Shown: positions 24,157 through 46,800 of the stretch, piece by piece
Layout of the letters: every line of letters begins with the position of its first letter
How positions within the stretch are numbered: the first letter of the stretch is position 1
Origin: Macrostomum lignano
Lineage: Eukaryota
Direction of reading: 5' to 3'
Length of the DNA: 64,000 nt
NCBI GenBank assembly: GCA_002269645.1
Contig: NIVC01000940.1
Span: forward strand, 1-64,000
Program-made: the position numbers and the translations under genes
The notes under the pieces: generated by a model
The model's input: only the letters and a program-made list of their open reading frames with translations
Database searches by the model: none
Told to the model about the DNA's origin: nothing

Positions 24157-24539
24157 AGCTGCAGGATTCCTGCAGACACAAAGAGGCGGTCTTTGTGCGC
24201 CTGTTTGCCTGGAGAAAAGCCCCATCGTAAATCACGAGTCCGCGCGGAACGCGCACGCTGTTTGCCGTTTCTTCTTTCACAGCTAGGGCTCCACCGGGGC
24301 GCGAGCTTGGAAAACATTTGCCGTTTTATGGGCCCCTTTATACCCGCCAGATAAGGATAAGGGCCGCTGATGGGGCCGCTCCGCCCTTTGATGTCTGCCT
24401 GCCCATCCATGAACACACACGGTTACCTGCCCTGCCCTGCCCTGCACTGTCTGGACTGCAGTTTGGTTAAATCCATTTCAGATCTCACCTAATCCCCGTT
24501 GCCACTCTTCCTTGCTGCTCCCTTCCTTAGCTCTCCCCT

Positions 24540-25400
24540 TCACATCTTCTCTCCCTTCTCTCATCCCCTACTCTCATCCCTTAATCTCATCCCCTTCTCT
24601 CATCTCCTACTCTCATCCCCTACTCTCATCCCCTTCTCTCATCCCCTTCTCTCATCCCCTTTTCTCATCCCCTACTCTCATCCCCTACTCTCATCCCTTA
24701 CTCTCATACCTTACTCTCATCCCCTACTCTCATCCCCTACTCTCATCCCCTACTCTCATCCCCTACTCTCATCCCCTACTCTCATCTCCAATTCTCATCC
24801 CCTACTCTCATCCCCTACTCTCATCCCCTACTCTCATCCCCTACTCTCATCCCCTACTCTCATCCCCTACTCTCATCTCCAATTCTCATCCCCTACTCTC
24901 ATCCCCTACTCTCATCCCTTACTCTCATCCCTTACTCTTATCCCCTACTCTCATCCCCTACTCTCATCCCCTACTCTCATCCCCTACTCTCATCTCCTAC
25001 TCTTATCCCCTACTCTCATCTCCTACTCTCATCCCCTACTCTCATCCCCTACTCTCATTTCCTACTCTCATCCCCTACACCCCCCTTCTCTCATCCCTTA
25101 CTCTCATCCTACTCTCATCCCCTACTCTCATCCCCTACTCTCATCCCCTATTCTCATCCCCTACTCTCATCTCCTACTCTTATCCCCTACTCTTATAACC
25201 CTCTCTAATCCCCCTCTTTCGTCCCCTTCTCTCATCTACTCTCATCCCCTACTCTCATCCCCTACTCTCATCCCCTACTCTCATCTTCTACTCTTATCCC
25301 CTACTCTTATAACCCTCTATAATCCCCCTCTTTCGTCCCCTTCTCTCATCTCCTACTCTCATCTCTTCTCAAACCCTTCTCTCATTCCCTCTTATCCTCT
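24540..25400. repeat. 13-bp pyrimidine-rich minisatellite (CTACTCTCATCCC)n
   Basis: Dozens of degenerate copies. Confidence 0.93.
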
Positions 25401-26014
25401 TTTATCAATTTCTTCCCCTCCTAATCCGTCAAACGCTCTCCAAATTATTTTCTCCCATCGCAAGTAATTTCCAGGTGTTCAGCCGAACGCAGCTTTTCAA
25501 ACTTTTCAAGCGGAGCCCGCATGACTTAGCGGCAGACAAGCGTTAGGCCTGCGATTTCATTAGGAATCTAGTTGCCCATGAGAATCCCAGCAGCCTCTCT
25601 GCCTGCTCAATAAATCAAAGGCATCCGCATGGAGCGCCCAGGCCATAAAACTGTCTCGCAGCGGGGCATCCCGCCCCGCGCTGCGGGCCTCAGGCAGGAG
25701 GTCACGGCTGGCGCTGGCGGGCATTCTGGGAAACCGCTGGCCGGACTGCTTTTCCCTGCCGCATCCCCCCGGGGTCCCTGTGCCGATGATTAAGAGGGGC
25801 GATCGCCAAGGCGGGGGGAGAGGGCGGCGGCCATACTTCGCCCCTGCTGCTTGACAGAGTGCAGGCAGAGCCAAGGAGCAGGCGGCTGAGTTCTGCTGAG
25901 CTCGCTACAACCCAGGAGCTGTGAGTGCGACTTATGCGATTATGAGTGCGCCTTTCGGTTTGTGTCTCACTCCACTCGCTGTCCTGTGTACTTATTATCC
26001 TGTTACTTCTCATC

Positions 26015-26632
26015 TTTCCCTCTCACCCTTCTGTCTCACGTCCCCGTCTACCCCTCTCTAACCTCCTTCTCTCACTTCTTCTCTCCCTCTCTCACCTCCC
26101 TCTCTCACCCCTTCTCTCCCTCTCTCACCTCCCTCTCTCACCCCTTCTCTCCCTCTCTCACCCCTTCTCTCCCTCTCTCACCTCCTTCTCTCACCCCTTC
26201 TCTCTCTCTCTCACCCCTTCTCTCCCTCTCTCACCCCTTCTCTCCCTCTCTCACCTCCCTCTCTCACCCCTTCTCTCTCCCTCTCTCACCACTTCTCTCC
26301 CTCTCTCACCACTTCTCTCCCTCTCTCACTTCCCTCTCTCACCCCTTCTCTCCCTCTCTCACCTCCTTCTCTCACCCCTTCTCTCCCTCTCTCACCCCTT
26401 CTCTCCCTCCCTCTCTCACCCCTTCTCTCCCTCTCTCACCCCTTCTCTCCCTCTCTCACCTCCTTCTCTCACCCCTTCTCTCCCTCTCTCACCCCTTCTC
26501 TCCCTCCCTCTCTCACCCCTTCTTTCCCTCTCTTTACCCTTCTCTCCTTCCCTCTCTCACCTCCTTCTCTCTTCTCTCACCCCTTCTCTCCCTCTCTCAC
26601 CACCTTCTCTCCTTCCCTCCCTCTCTCACTCA
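26015..26632. repeat. Polypyrimidine low-complexity array (CTCTCTCACCCCTTCTCTCC-like)
   Basis: Almost purely C/T on the plus strand. Confidence 0.93.
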
Positions 26633-27184
26633 AATATGATTTGAGCACTGCAGTCCAGTCTTCTAATTCTGAACCTGAACATCTCGAAGCTACTGAACGC
26701 ACCAGAATGATGCGTGATTCACTCTCCCATTGTCCCAGACGTCAATAATCTGACTGGCTCCTGGCTGACAACTGCACAGCCTGCTTGAACAGCAGTTGCA
26801 GCTGGCGGTCATACACTGAACTGGCATGCGAGGGATTGCGCAACCCCTCTACAAGCGTAGCTCCCCGCTGCAGCCGACGCGAAAGCAATGATTTATTACT
26901 TATTGGCGTCGCGCTTCTGCTGTCTGTCTAAGTGTGCGATACCGGACGGGCACCGAGAGCCTACTATGAGTAGAGTGATTTGCTTCTTTGCTGACTATTT
27001 TGATTCACTTTATTAATAGCAAGGACTACTTAACTAGAAGGACGCTAAACTCTAAAATGGTGGCAATATAGTTGAAGGCAGATTTTTCTTTTCCCTGTAA
27101 ATTTTGATAAGTTGCACGTATGAAGATGATGTTTTCACTCGGAAGCGCTAGTGGTCCTTGATTAATAGCTTCACAGGATTGTCG

Positions 27185-27660
27185 TGCATTCACTGAATTG
27201 TAAATGCATTCACAGGATTGTACGTGCATCCACTGGATTGTACATGCATTCACTGGACTGTACATGCATCCACTGGATTGTACATACATTCACCGGATTG
27301 TACATGCATTCACTGGACGGTACATGCATCCACTGGATTGTACATGCATTCACTGGATTGTACATGCATTCAATGGATTGTACATGCATTCACTGGATTG
27401 TACATGCATTCAATGGATTGTACATGCGTCTACTGGATTTTACATGCATTCACTTGATTATAGATGCATTCACTGGATTGTACATGCATTCAATGATTGT
27501 ACATGCATTCAATGGATTGTACATGCATTCACTGGATTGTACATGCATTCAATGGATTGTACATGCGTCTACTGGATTTTACATGCATTCACTTGATTAT
27601 AGATGCATTCACTGGATTGTACATGCATTCACTAGATTGTACATTCATTCACAGGATTGT
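27185..27660. repeat. 20-bp minisatellite
   Basis: TGTACATGCATTCACTGGAT variants, with a higher-order duplication of ~120 bp. Confidence 0.93.
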
Positions 27661-28384
27661 ACGGACAACCGTAGCGAGAGAAGTGTATCTTTAATGGACT
27701 GTAAAGTGCCGTTGGATCGCAGGAGCTTCAATTATTTGGTCGTGAAGTTGGTGTGATCAAAGACTTCTTTGAGATCGAAAGCTGCTTACCTCATAAAAAG
27801 TTTCGGATCTTTACGAGCCAGGGTCACTATCAGGTAAGACGAAGCAGGTTTCATCTCTCCCAACCCAGCGCATCATTAGTGAAGACTTCCCAACGGACTC
27901 CATACTGCTCACCTGAGCACGCTTGACAGCACATTTACAACCTGAGCAGCAGTAGGCCGGCCAGAGCTCCACCTGCAGGCAGTACCTGAGGCAGCTCTGC
28001 GACAAGTTGACTGCACGCGCTGCCATCAATGATTCATGAGCAGCAGTAGGCTGTCCAGCTTGCATTGTTGACTGTCTGTTGTTCCGCTGTAGCCTTGGCA
28101 ACTGCATAGCAACGGGCCCACAGAAGCCAGTGCTATGGGGGCAGCGCGATGGTTTTTAAAGTCGTGAAATTCTGAGGCTGGAATTGCAACGAGGAGAGAA
28201 GAGGAGACTCAGCGCACTTGAGAACGGTGAGCAGTGAACTATTCTTTAGCAATTGTCCCTTGAGTTATTTTGCATCAACCATGCCAAGGCCACACTGCCG
28301 AGTCTTACAGCATCAAGAATTACACAAACCCACAACCAAACAACCCAGGTGCAAGTCCGCTAACTGAGACCCAAAACACACAAC

Positions 28385-28812
28385 CTCCCCAGGTGCAAAA
28401 CTCACTCACTGACCCGGAACCCACCATCAGCCAGGTGCAAATCTAACTCACTGACCCGGAACCCACCATCAGCCAGGTGCAAATCTCACTCACTGACCGG
28501 AACCCACCATCAGCCAGGTGCAAATCTCACTCACTGACCCGGAACCCACCATCAGCCAGGTGCAAATCTCGCTCACTGACCCGGAACCCACCATCAGCCA
28601 GGTGCAAAACTCACTCACTGACCCGGAACCCACCATCAGCCAGGTGCAAAACTCACTCACTGACCCGGAACCCACCATCAGCCAGGTGCAAATCTCACTC
28701 ACTGACCCGGAACCCACCATCAGCCAGGTGCAAATCTCGCTCACTGACCCGGAACCCACCATCAGCCAGGTGCAAAACTCACTCACTGACCCGGAAACCA
28801 CCATCAGCCAGG
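28385..28812. repeat. 42-bp minisatellite upstream of PKD2
   Basis: About 10 copies of CAGGTGCAAATCTCACTCACTGACCCGGAACCCACCATCAGC. Confidence 0.95.
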
Positions 28813-28887
28813 CGCGACTCCAGGCTTTCCACCCCCCTCCCCCCCAATCAGTCATTCCGCAGTTTTTGAATTCGCGCCAAAATCGCC

Positions 28888-37287
<8,400 letters not shown>

Positions 37288-38195
37288 GCTCCGAGGGCCC
37301 GGGATTGACTCGATTTCTGAGAAAAAACTCTATTTTTAAACTGTAATGAACTACTCTAAGTAGCAGAGTTGGCACCATTTGACTCTGGATCTGGAACTCG
37401 GACATCCGCTTAGATTCCATTGCAATAGAGCTACAGGGAAGCAGATTAGAAATCAATAGATATTTGGCTTCTTATAAATGGTAAGAACAAGCGCTGTTTT
37501 TTCTACTGATAGTAGAGTAGCTGGAAAAAACGATAAAATAGAAAATAAGATAAGATACTGAAATGTTTCAGGTTTTCATCCTCTCAAGATTTTTTGATAC
37601 AAACGTTGTTTTGCTTCAACTCGAGCTGTCATTCAGCAACTGAGTTTTAGAGTGCCCTGAAGTCCTGTTCCATTTCAGAAACATTTTACCTGAGCTCTGG
37701 CCATCACCGATCAGTTGAATCTCGCTAAACTGAATTCCAGCTCCAAAATTTATCAATCCAACTAAAAGTTTTTCTGGGTTTTTTTTTCATTCAGTCAGAA
37801 ATGTGCAGCTCAGCCTACTTGCAGTATGCGAGCATGCGAGTTCTAAATTACTTTTTTTGATCAGAAGATTTAAATATAAATAAACCTCACAATTCCTTCT
37901 TGGCATGACAAAAAATCCTCAATTTTTTCTAACCATGTTGTTTTTTTAGTTAAAATATAAGAAAATCATACAAAACCAAGTACATTTCCATACCGCAAGT
38001 AAAATGTTTTAGAAAAAAAGTCTTAAAACAACAACATCATGTATTTTTAAATTACAAGCTATGGATTGTAAGTACATTTGAACTTTTAGAATCCCCAGTA
38101 TGCACTGGAGTCTCATGCTCAGGGCTTAAAGTGAATTATTTCATGCTTGTTGAAATAAATATCGATTCAAATTCTGACGAACGAAGCCAAAAATA

Positions 38196-39337
38196 TCAGC
38201 CGCTGTAGGTCGCTGACTGTTTTGTGAGGCCCTTGCGGCTGAAAGCGGAGGGTTGGTGACTTGGTGGGTTGTTGGTTTTGATTTTTGTGCGTTGGTGGGT
38301 TGGTGGGTTGGTGATTTGATGGTTTGTTGGTTGTTCGGTTTGGTTCGCTGGTGGGTTGTTGGGTTTGGTCTGGTGGGTTGGTGGGTTGATGGGTTGGTGG
38401 GTTGGAGGGTTGGTGGGTTGGAGGGTTGGTTGGTTGGTTGGTTAGTTGGTAGGTTGGTGGGTTGGTGGGTTGGTGGGTTGGTGGGTTGATGGGTTGGTGG
38501 GTTGGAGGGTTGGTGGGTTGGTGGGTTGATGGGTTGGTGGGTTGGTGGGTTGGTTGGTGGGTTGGTTGGTAGGTTGGTGGGTTGGTGGGTTGGTTGGTTG
38601 GTTGGTTGGTTGGTGGGTTGGTTGGTTGGTGGGTTGGTTGGTGGGTTGGGGGGTTGGTTAGTTGGTTGGTGGGTTGTCTGAACTTTTTAAACGCTGTGCT
38701 TTACAAAATTTCAGTAGGACATTAAGCTGTGAACCGTCCTGGGCCAAATCTGCTCTGCGCTGGGCCATTGTGCTTTATGAAGTACTACTTTACTTAGCTC
38801 CCAGGAAACATTTGATTTTCAGTATATTGGGAGCTAGTTGTCCCCAGCTGCCAAAGCCGAAGATGTCGCTCACCCTTCCCTGACGAAGGTGTCGAGGGTG
38901 ATCATATCGTTGTCCCCGCCGGGCGGGTACCGATCGAAATGGCTGAGGCCCAGCGTCTCCATGGCCTCAGCGTACTGGTTCTTCGTCACGTAGCCGCGGC
39001 CCGCCGCGTCCAGCATGTGGAAGATGGCAGTCAGGTTGGAGTCGTCGAACAGGCACGGTGCCTTCTCCGGGGCCGTCTTGCTGCCCGCCAGGGTCTTCAG
39101 GTGCTCCACCATGAAGGCTTTGGGGTCGTCTGTGAGTGGAGCGACAAGGCAGTTAAGTCTCTGGTGTACATAACTTCATGAAGATAAAATAAATTTGCAA
39201 TTTGTATAACTTGTACCAAAAATAAACTCACTCGGCAGCTCAAAAATCAACTGAGCGCTCAGGTTGTTGAACAATTCGCGAATTTTATGCTTCTGCAAGT
39301 ACATCTCCGCCTCTTGCTGTCTTGGCCAGTTCTCCAT
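38196..39337 (-). CDS. EFCAB10: EF-hand calcium-binding domain protein 10-like, 3 exons: 39337-39232, 39129-38874, 38238-38196 (134 aa)
   Basis: [35 protein letters not shown] (RIIa-like D/D region), [59 protein letters not shown]. Junction phases are 1 and 2. Exon 3 was chosen for phase fit and plausible C-terminus. Confidence 0.8.
38251..38675. repeat. (GGTT/GGTG)-rich microsatellite in EFCAB10 intron 2
   Basis: Continuous TTGG/TGGG repeats. Confidence 0.95.
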
Positions 39338-40804
39338 TATTTTAGTTGGCTCAGTAGCTGATGCAAAGCTGGAATATTTTTAGTTAGCTTTTCGTTACAT
39401 TTGGCGAATATCCGCGAAGTTTGAAACAATAGATTCGTTTAAAGTAACAAGCACAATGGTTCGGCAATAACAAAGTGGTAAAATTATCCACGATAAGGAC
39501 TGTTCACACCGCCATAAAACTAGGCCAATCTTGTGCGATCGCAGTGACCGCACGACCTGTAAATATATTTTCGTCGCTTTGCAAATCAGTCATGTGATTT
39601 AAAAGTCAATTTGCTGGCAGTAAGAACGAGCTAAAGCCTTAAACAAAAAAATGCAAAATGAGATAAAAATGAAAAAGTGTGTGCCAACACAAATCATGAA
39701 GATTAGAATTTAGAATTAGAATTCATTAGAATTATAATTTTCATTATAATTTCATTAGAATTTTCATTTCTAATTTTCATTAGAATTTCCATTAGAATTT
39801 TCAATGACAAGTTCTAGGCCTATTAGTTTTATTTGCTATCAACGATTTAAGATTGCATTGCAGTAGTACAGTATAACATAGAGAAAAAAGGCAATATTTC
39901 TAAATGTTGCATAAATTCTATCATTTGATTCAGATCAGATCAAAATAGACTAGACTGTGTTCTATTTTTAATATTCTAGAAGTTCGGTGCGGAGCCGAGA
40001 TAAAGCACATAACTAAACAGAACCATTGCATATTCTGCTAAAAGTTTTATTAAGTTCGAAAACTTAGAAAAGTTAAAAGTTTATAACAGTATGTTTTGAC
40101 AACACGGAATGAAAGCTAGTTGACTTCAGCTTAGAGAAATACCTGAAACGCCTGATACCAAACCAATAAAATCAGATAAAGTCGATTGATTTGGATTGAT
40201 GTGTACTATACACGATTGAAAAAATTTTCTTAAAATATTTTTAAGTTAAATTTTGTCTGAAACTGAGGTATCAAAACTGTCAAATCTTAAACTGTTTAAG
40301 CTTATAAACATTGATATAGAATTATTTTAAAGTAAGTTTATAAGTAATATTAACTGCTTTTATAGTATAACTATGCCTTTTGAATTACTTGACTTTGGTT
40401 TACTGTGCACATAACATTTTCAAATGAAAAGAAACACGTTTGCCAAAATTTATAGACAAATACCTCGATTTGGTGGTCTTGTTCATTTTTTGTTAAATCA
40501 TAAGCTCATCTACCGTTCCACGACAGGGGAAGTTAGTCCAATGAGTACATTGCTATAGTTTTCAGTTTAGCCCCTGATCTAATAGTGGATTCACTTTAAG
40601 GCAAGACTCGCGACCACGATTCTTAAACTAGTGCCTAGGTCAGTAAGGTCACTAGGTTTTAGGAGTTTAGTAATTTAACTGTGTAGGTTTTATTGTAAAG
40701 CCCAATTCTGCAATATATGAATATACTAGATTGATTTATTGTGAGTTGTGTAAAATAGTACCATTACTACTAGTTTGTAATTGCATACAATGTAGGCTAA
40801 CTTC

Positions 40805-43800
40805 ATGGAGGAAAAGAGTGCAACTGCTAATAATGACTCTGACACTTCTACTTCGACTTGCTCTAGTCAATTAGAAACGCAAAGTAAGAAGCTTCAGTCT
40901 TCTTATCTTGATTCAACATGTAATGATTTAGAAGTGTCACAGAATCACTTTGATTCAGCCAAACCTTCATCCTTTTTTATTAGATTTCATGGTGCAATTA
41001 GTATGTTCTATTCAAAAAACAAAGAACTAGTTGTTGTTTTATGTTTGAGTGCACTTTGGTTTTTATCTAATATTACTATATTAAGGTAAGAACTTATTTC
41101 TTTTTTGTTTTTAAGCTATAAGCCCATTTTTATAATTAATCTTATAATCTTAATTTGAAATATAATTGAATTATAATGCTTATCTAATTATCATTATTGT
41201 TATATCTAATGAGGACTAATAATCAGGTGCATGATTAAAACTGCCACACAGCAATACTGGAGACTGCCACAACTATTACTGGCTCCTAGTATTAAGGAGG
41301 AGCTACTAATCTTCTAGCATTGGTTCCTCTCTTGCAGGCTTGTCCTGCTAGCTTTCCTACTCATCTTCTCTCTAGCACCATTCAATAATACATTGAGCCA
41401 AATTCTTCCCCTAGCTCCTTAAGTATGATGGTCTTGGTGTGTAGCAGTCTTGGTCCTACACCAATAATCAATATATAAACTAAGAAATCATGTAAGGAAT
41501 AGTTTTATTTTTATCTAAGCTAAAGATAAGACTAGCCTAGTAAAATTTTGAAAGCTATTAACTTATTTTTAAATATTTATATTTTATTTGACTAGTCACT
41601 AACTAAATTTGCATTGCAATAAGTAAAAAAAACATCTGATCTTACATTTGTTTTGATGTCTAGTCTTTAGTTTTTAAGATTAAAATATATAAGAAAACCA
41701 TAAAAGAACTTTTTTACTATTTTTTGTTATATAATATATTGGCAATTTCCTAGATTCATATGTTTAATTATTTTCTATTTGAAATGGTACATTTACATGG
41801 TGCAGTCATGCTAAAGTGATATGGCATATAGTCTATGGTCCTCGTAGTCTATAGTCTATAGAATAAAGGTCTAAAGGTGATAAGAATGAAAGCAATAGTG
41901 AAGGGAAGGGATTAGCTGCAAATATCAAAGCTGCAAATATTGAAACTCAAAACATGGCCAATAGACCTCTAGCACCTACAATAATTGTGTTGCCTGCAAT
42001 TTTGGGACTTAGGTGCAACACTACTACAGTATTTAATACCCCTTAATACCATTTAAGAAACAAACTATTGATATTATAAACTTTTATTGACGTTTAACTA
42101 CTAGTTCTTAACTTGTTCTGTTGCCCATTTGTTTTTGCATTACATAAATGCGCAAATTCAAATGGAAAATAATTAAACGTGCAAATCTAGGAAATTGCCA
42201 ATAAATTATATATATACATTAACTCTTTTTTCCTCTTTTAGTAGACATAATTTGGTATACTAAAAATTTTTTCCTCACTAGGGGCAATAAATTTAACCTA
42301 TTAAATAGATATTAATATGATAGTCATAAATTTGTCTAAAGTTTAAGCATATTTAAAAATAAAAATTGTTAAAAGTTGAAAAATTTTCTTATATTATATT
42401 GGCTATACATTCTATGTGATTCTAATGAACTTTTATAATAGAACTTTTTATTTTTTTCAATTTAAAAAATGCAAATGCATAGGTCTATTCTTAGTAAATG
42501 TCATAGTTTTTAAAAAAAACCATTTCTATTAAAAAATGACATTCTATTATATTTCAATAAAAGCCAAATAAATAATTTTTTAATGAGAGTTTTTTCTTTT
42601 TAACAAAGTATTTTTCTCTTCTAGTTCATGTTTGCTTTTTATTCTATATAAGCCTAATTGCATTAAAAAGTTTTTATTTGTAAAAAACCTATTTTTTTTA
42701 TTAAAATTTGCCTTTTATACCCCATTAGAGCGAATAGGGGTTTTTGCGGACAACGTCCGGCGCGCTTGTGAAAAATTGCCTGCGCGGCTGCGCAGAAAGA
42801 AATTTCTGTCCGCGCACAAGGTGCATGGCGCGTGCGCAGCGCGCGCCATGCACCTTGTGCGCGTAATGTTACTAGCATATATGTAGATCTGCACGCAGCG
42901 CGCACCATGCACCTTGTGCGCGTAATGTTACTAGCATATATGTAGATCTGCACGCAGCGCGCACCATGCACCTTGTGCGCGTAATGTTACTAGCATATAT
43001 GTAGATCTGCACGCAGCGCGCACCATGCACCTTGTGCGCGTAATGTTACTAGCATATATGTAGATCTGCACGCAGCGCGCACCATGCACCTTGTGCGCGT
43101 AATGTTACTAGCATATATGTAGATCTGCACGCAGCGCGCACCATGCACCTTGTGCGCGTAATGTTACTAGCATATATGTAGATCTGCACGCAGCGCGCAC
43201 CATGCACCTTGTGCGCGTAATGTTACTAGCATATATGTAGATCTGCACGCAGCGCGCACCATGCACCTTGTGCGCGTAATGTTACTAGCATATATGTAGA
43301 TCTGCACGCAGCGCGCACCATGCACCTTGTGCGCGTAATGTTACTAGCATATATGTAGATCTGCATGCAGCACCATCTATTGTGCGCGTAATGTTACTAG
43401 CATATATGTAGATCTGCAGTAGCGCGCACCATGCACCTTGTGCGCGTTGTTACTAGCATATATGTAGATCTGCACGCAAATGCACCTTGTGCGCGTAATG
43501 TTACTAGCATATATGTATCTGCACGCAGCGCGCACCATGCACCTTGTGCGCGTAATGTTACTAGCATATATGTAGATCTGCACGCAGCGCGCACCATGCA
43601 CCTTGTGCGCGTAATGTTACTAGCATATATGTAGATCTGCACGCAGCGCGCACCATGCACCTTGTGCGCGTAATGTTACTAGCATATATGTAGATCTGCA
43701 CGCAGCGCGCACCATGCACCTTGTGCGCGTAATGTTACTAGCATATATGTAGATCTGCACGCAGCGCGCACCATGCACCTTGTGCGCGTAATGTTACTAG

Positions 43801-46800
43801 CATATATGTAGATCTGCACGCAGCGCGCACCATGCACCTTGTGCGCGTAATGTTACTAGCATATATGTAGATCTGCACGCAGCGCGCACCATGCACCTTG
43901 TGCGCGTAATGTTACTAGCATATATGTAGATCTGCACGCAGCGCGCACCATGCACCTTGTGCGCGTAATGTTACTAGCATATATGTAGATCTGCACGCAG
44001 CGCGCACCATGCACCTTGTGCGCGTAATGTTACTAGCATATATGTAGATCTGCACGCAGCGCGCACCATGCACCTTGTGCGCGTAATGTTACTAGCATAT
44101 ATGTAGATCTGCACGCAGCGCGCACCATGCACCTTGCGCACATAACGTAGCGTATGTAGATTTGGTATAACAAACAGTTGTGCACCCTTGTGCCTTTCAG
44201 GCTTTCACTAGTGTCTTGTATGCTTTATAAATTTACATATGTACATGTACATGCAGGTGCAATGCTACATGAGTGAATGCCAGTGCCTGATCTGCACCCA
44301 CACCTTGTTCACCTATATACATTTATGTCATGTACTATATAATACATTTATACGTACATGTAGGTGCGATGCTACATGTAAAGCAGTTAGGCATGTACCC
44401 GTGCCTTGCACCCGCACCTTGTGCGCTTATAAGTTCAGTATACATTTATGTATTAAAGTACAATGCTACTAGCAGTGCTCACCCATGCTTGCTTAATTGC
44501 ACCTGCGCCTTGTGCGCTTACTCAAGTACATTTAACATGTATGAGCCAGCAGCCAATTCTACCCTTAATGGACTTTGCAGATTTGGTATTGTATATTTAG
44601 ATGATTTAGTATATTAAGATAAGATTTAGTATATTGTGAAAGATAGTTGGATTGGTAGCTACCTAATTTTTTGTGTCTAGCAATTTAATGCAATGATATA
44701 ATAGCTAATTGGGACGAGAAGCGGAGCAAAGACATAGAAGCAAAGAGAGAGTGGCTACTGACTGCAAGTGTATATATAGAGATTACAACACCCCTAATCC
44801 AAAACCTAGACAAACCCCCACGTAATGTGCAATGTACAAATAATCGATAAAATATATCATGCAAGAATATCATACGTCAGAATATGTACAAATATGGAAC
44901 TGCTTTACAAGAAATAATATAACGATATGAATGAAATACAAATAATACAGATTGTCATGTTTGAATAGTTTATTTCAAAACAATATGCAATTCTAGCGGT
45001 GCATGCCTATGTTCGATGCACAATGTAACGTAAACATGTGTACAACGTAATTTACTCGTGTTAGATTTTCTTAGAAAAATTCAAATTTTGTAGGCTTAAT
45101 TTAGTCGTCACTGACATCCGTAAATCTAGCGCTCCTATCCAACGAATGATAGCATCCCTGAACTGGCTGCACCGCAAAATTCAACGCGGAAAAATTCTTG
45201 TGAAGGCATACCAAGTTGCCGAACGAATCCACGACAGGCGCGCTAGAAAGACAAAATCTTTCAGCAAAACACGTTTTGTCTCGTCCAGTTTCACCATGGT
45301 GCAGGCTACTGTAACGGAGCTCCGAATTTGGCTGACGACACTAAACGAGACGCCTCTGTCTCGCAAAAACCGCGAAGTTTTAGCGTACCTGCAGTCCACG
45401 GCTTTTGTTACTGAGTTGCTGATCTTCAGCGAAGTGATGAAACCGTTCTGCGCAACTATGCTACGCTGCCAGAATCTACAGCTGCCTGTCTGGAGCATGG
45501 TCGAGGATATCTCGAGGCTGTCTGTGGAGCTGGAGCAAAAAAAAACTGCTTTATCCCAATTACACGAGCTCGCGAACATGGATAGAGAGCTCGATTCATT
45601 TGCGTCAGCTACTGCAGCAAATCATGATCTCCGGCAGCATCTGCCACTGCTGTTTACCAACTTAACTGACCTACAGCAGGGTGTCTACCACGACGTTGAT
45701 TTGGCCACTACCACCACTGTTCCTCGGTGTATTTTAGATCGTAGGTGCCGGCACGTCAGTGACAGTGAGGACTCGAGCAGCGACTCAGAGTCAGATTCTG
45801 AATTGGAGGTTAGGCACGCTGGTCGCAACGTCAGATCAACTTTTAAATCGGCCTTGTCAGCAGGCGTTGAGTTGGTGACAGCCTTAGGTGACCGTCTCAG
45901 TGTACGAACGTCCCACTCCATCCCGAGTTTTATTAACCTTCTGTCGTCGGCGTTTGGCCTTGCTGGTTATGTTGGAGCCATGTGCGGTCGTCTTCGTCGT
46001 GGTTCTTCCGGCGCCACAGTGTTTTTGCGGCATGAAGCGCACTTCGTGGTCTATGGTCGAAATGCTTTCAGCATGGCCGCTGAAGCCGCTCGTTCACGAC
46101 GCAGTCTGCGCGACCTATTCGATTCAGCCGACTTGCAACCAGTTGATCTGCACACCCTCTGGTGCGACACGCTGAAACAGATTGTCTGGAGTGAAGATAG
46201 CACCTCGGCCCACTGTCGGCGAGTGCTTTTCGGTGACACTGTGCCAGACGACCGAGTGCTGACGCTGGCGTTAACCGAAGTGTCAGATGAATTTGCGATT
46301 GATTTCGGACAAGGACCTGTTAAACTGAAAGTACAGGAACAGGCGTTTATTAAAGCTATGTACAACGACGACCAACTGTACACACGATTTGGCAAGCCAC
46401 TTTGTGCGCTCTTAGATTGGGCCCTTGCCAAGGGCTGCCCTGAGGCCATCGTGGAGAGCTTGTACACTTCGATGGAGCGGCAGTGCATGCAAGGCGCACT
46501 TCAACTGTCTAGTACGCTAGAGTTGCGCACCCGCTTGGCGTGGCATTTACCGCGTACTCTTGCTGCCATACCCACGAATGTACTTGAACGGATTAGTCGC
46601 GAGTGGCTGACGTCGCACCCGGTTACGTTTTTGTCTGCTGGATCAAATAAGCGGAAGCAGGAGGTGCTAGAGCGACTGAAATCTGAAGAAGGTCGTGTTC
46701 GGCTGAAGTAGATTTTATTATACATGATGTATAACATGTTACTGTCACATCATTTAGCTAGCAACGATTTTTTATCTGCCCTCGTTTTCTGTTGTTGTCC

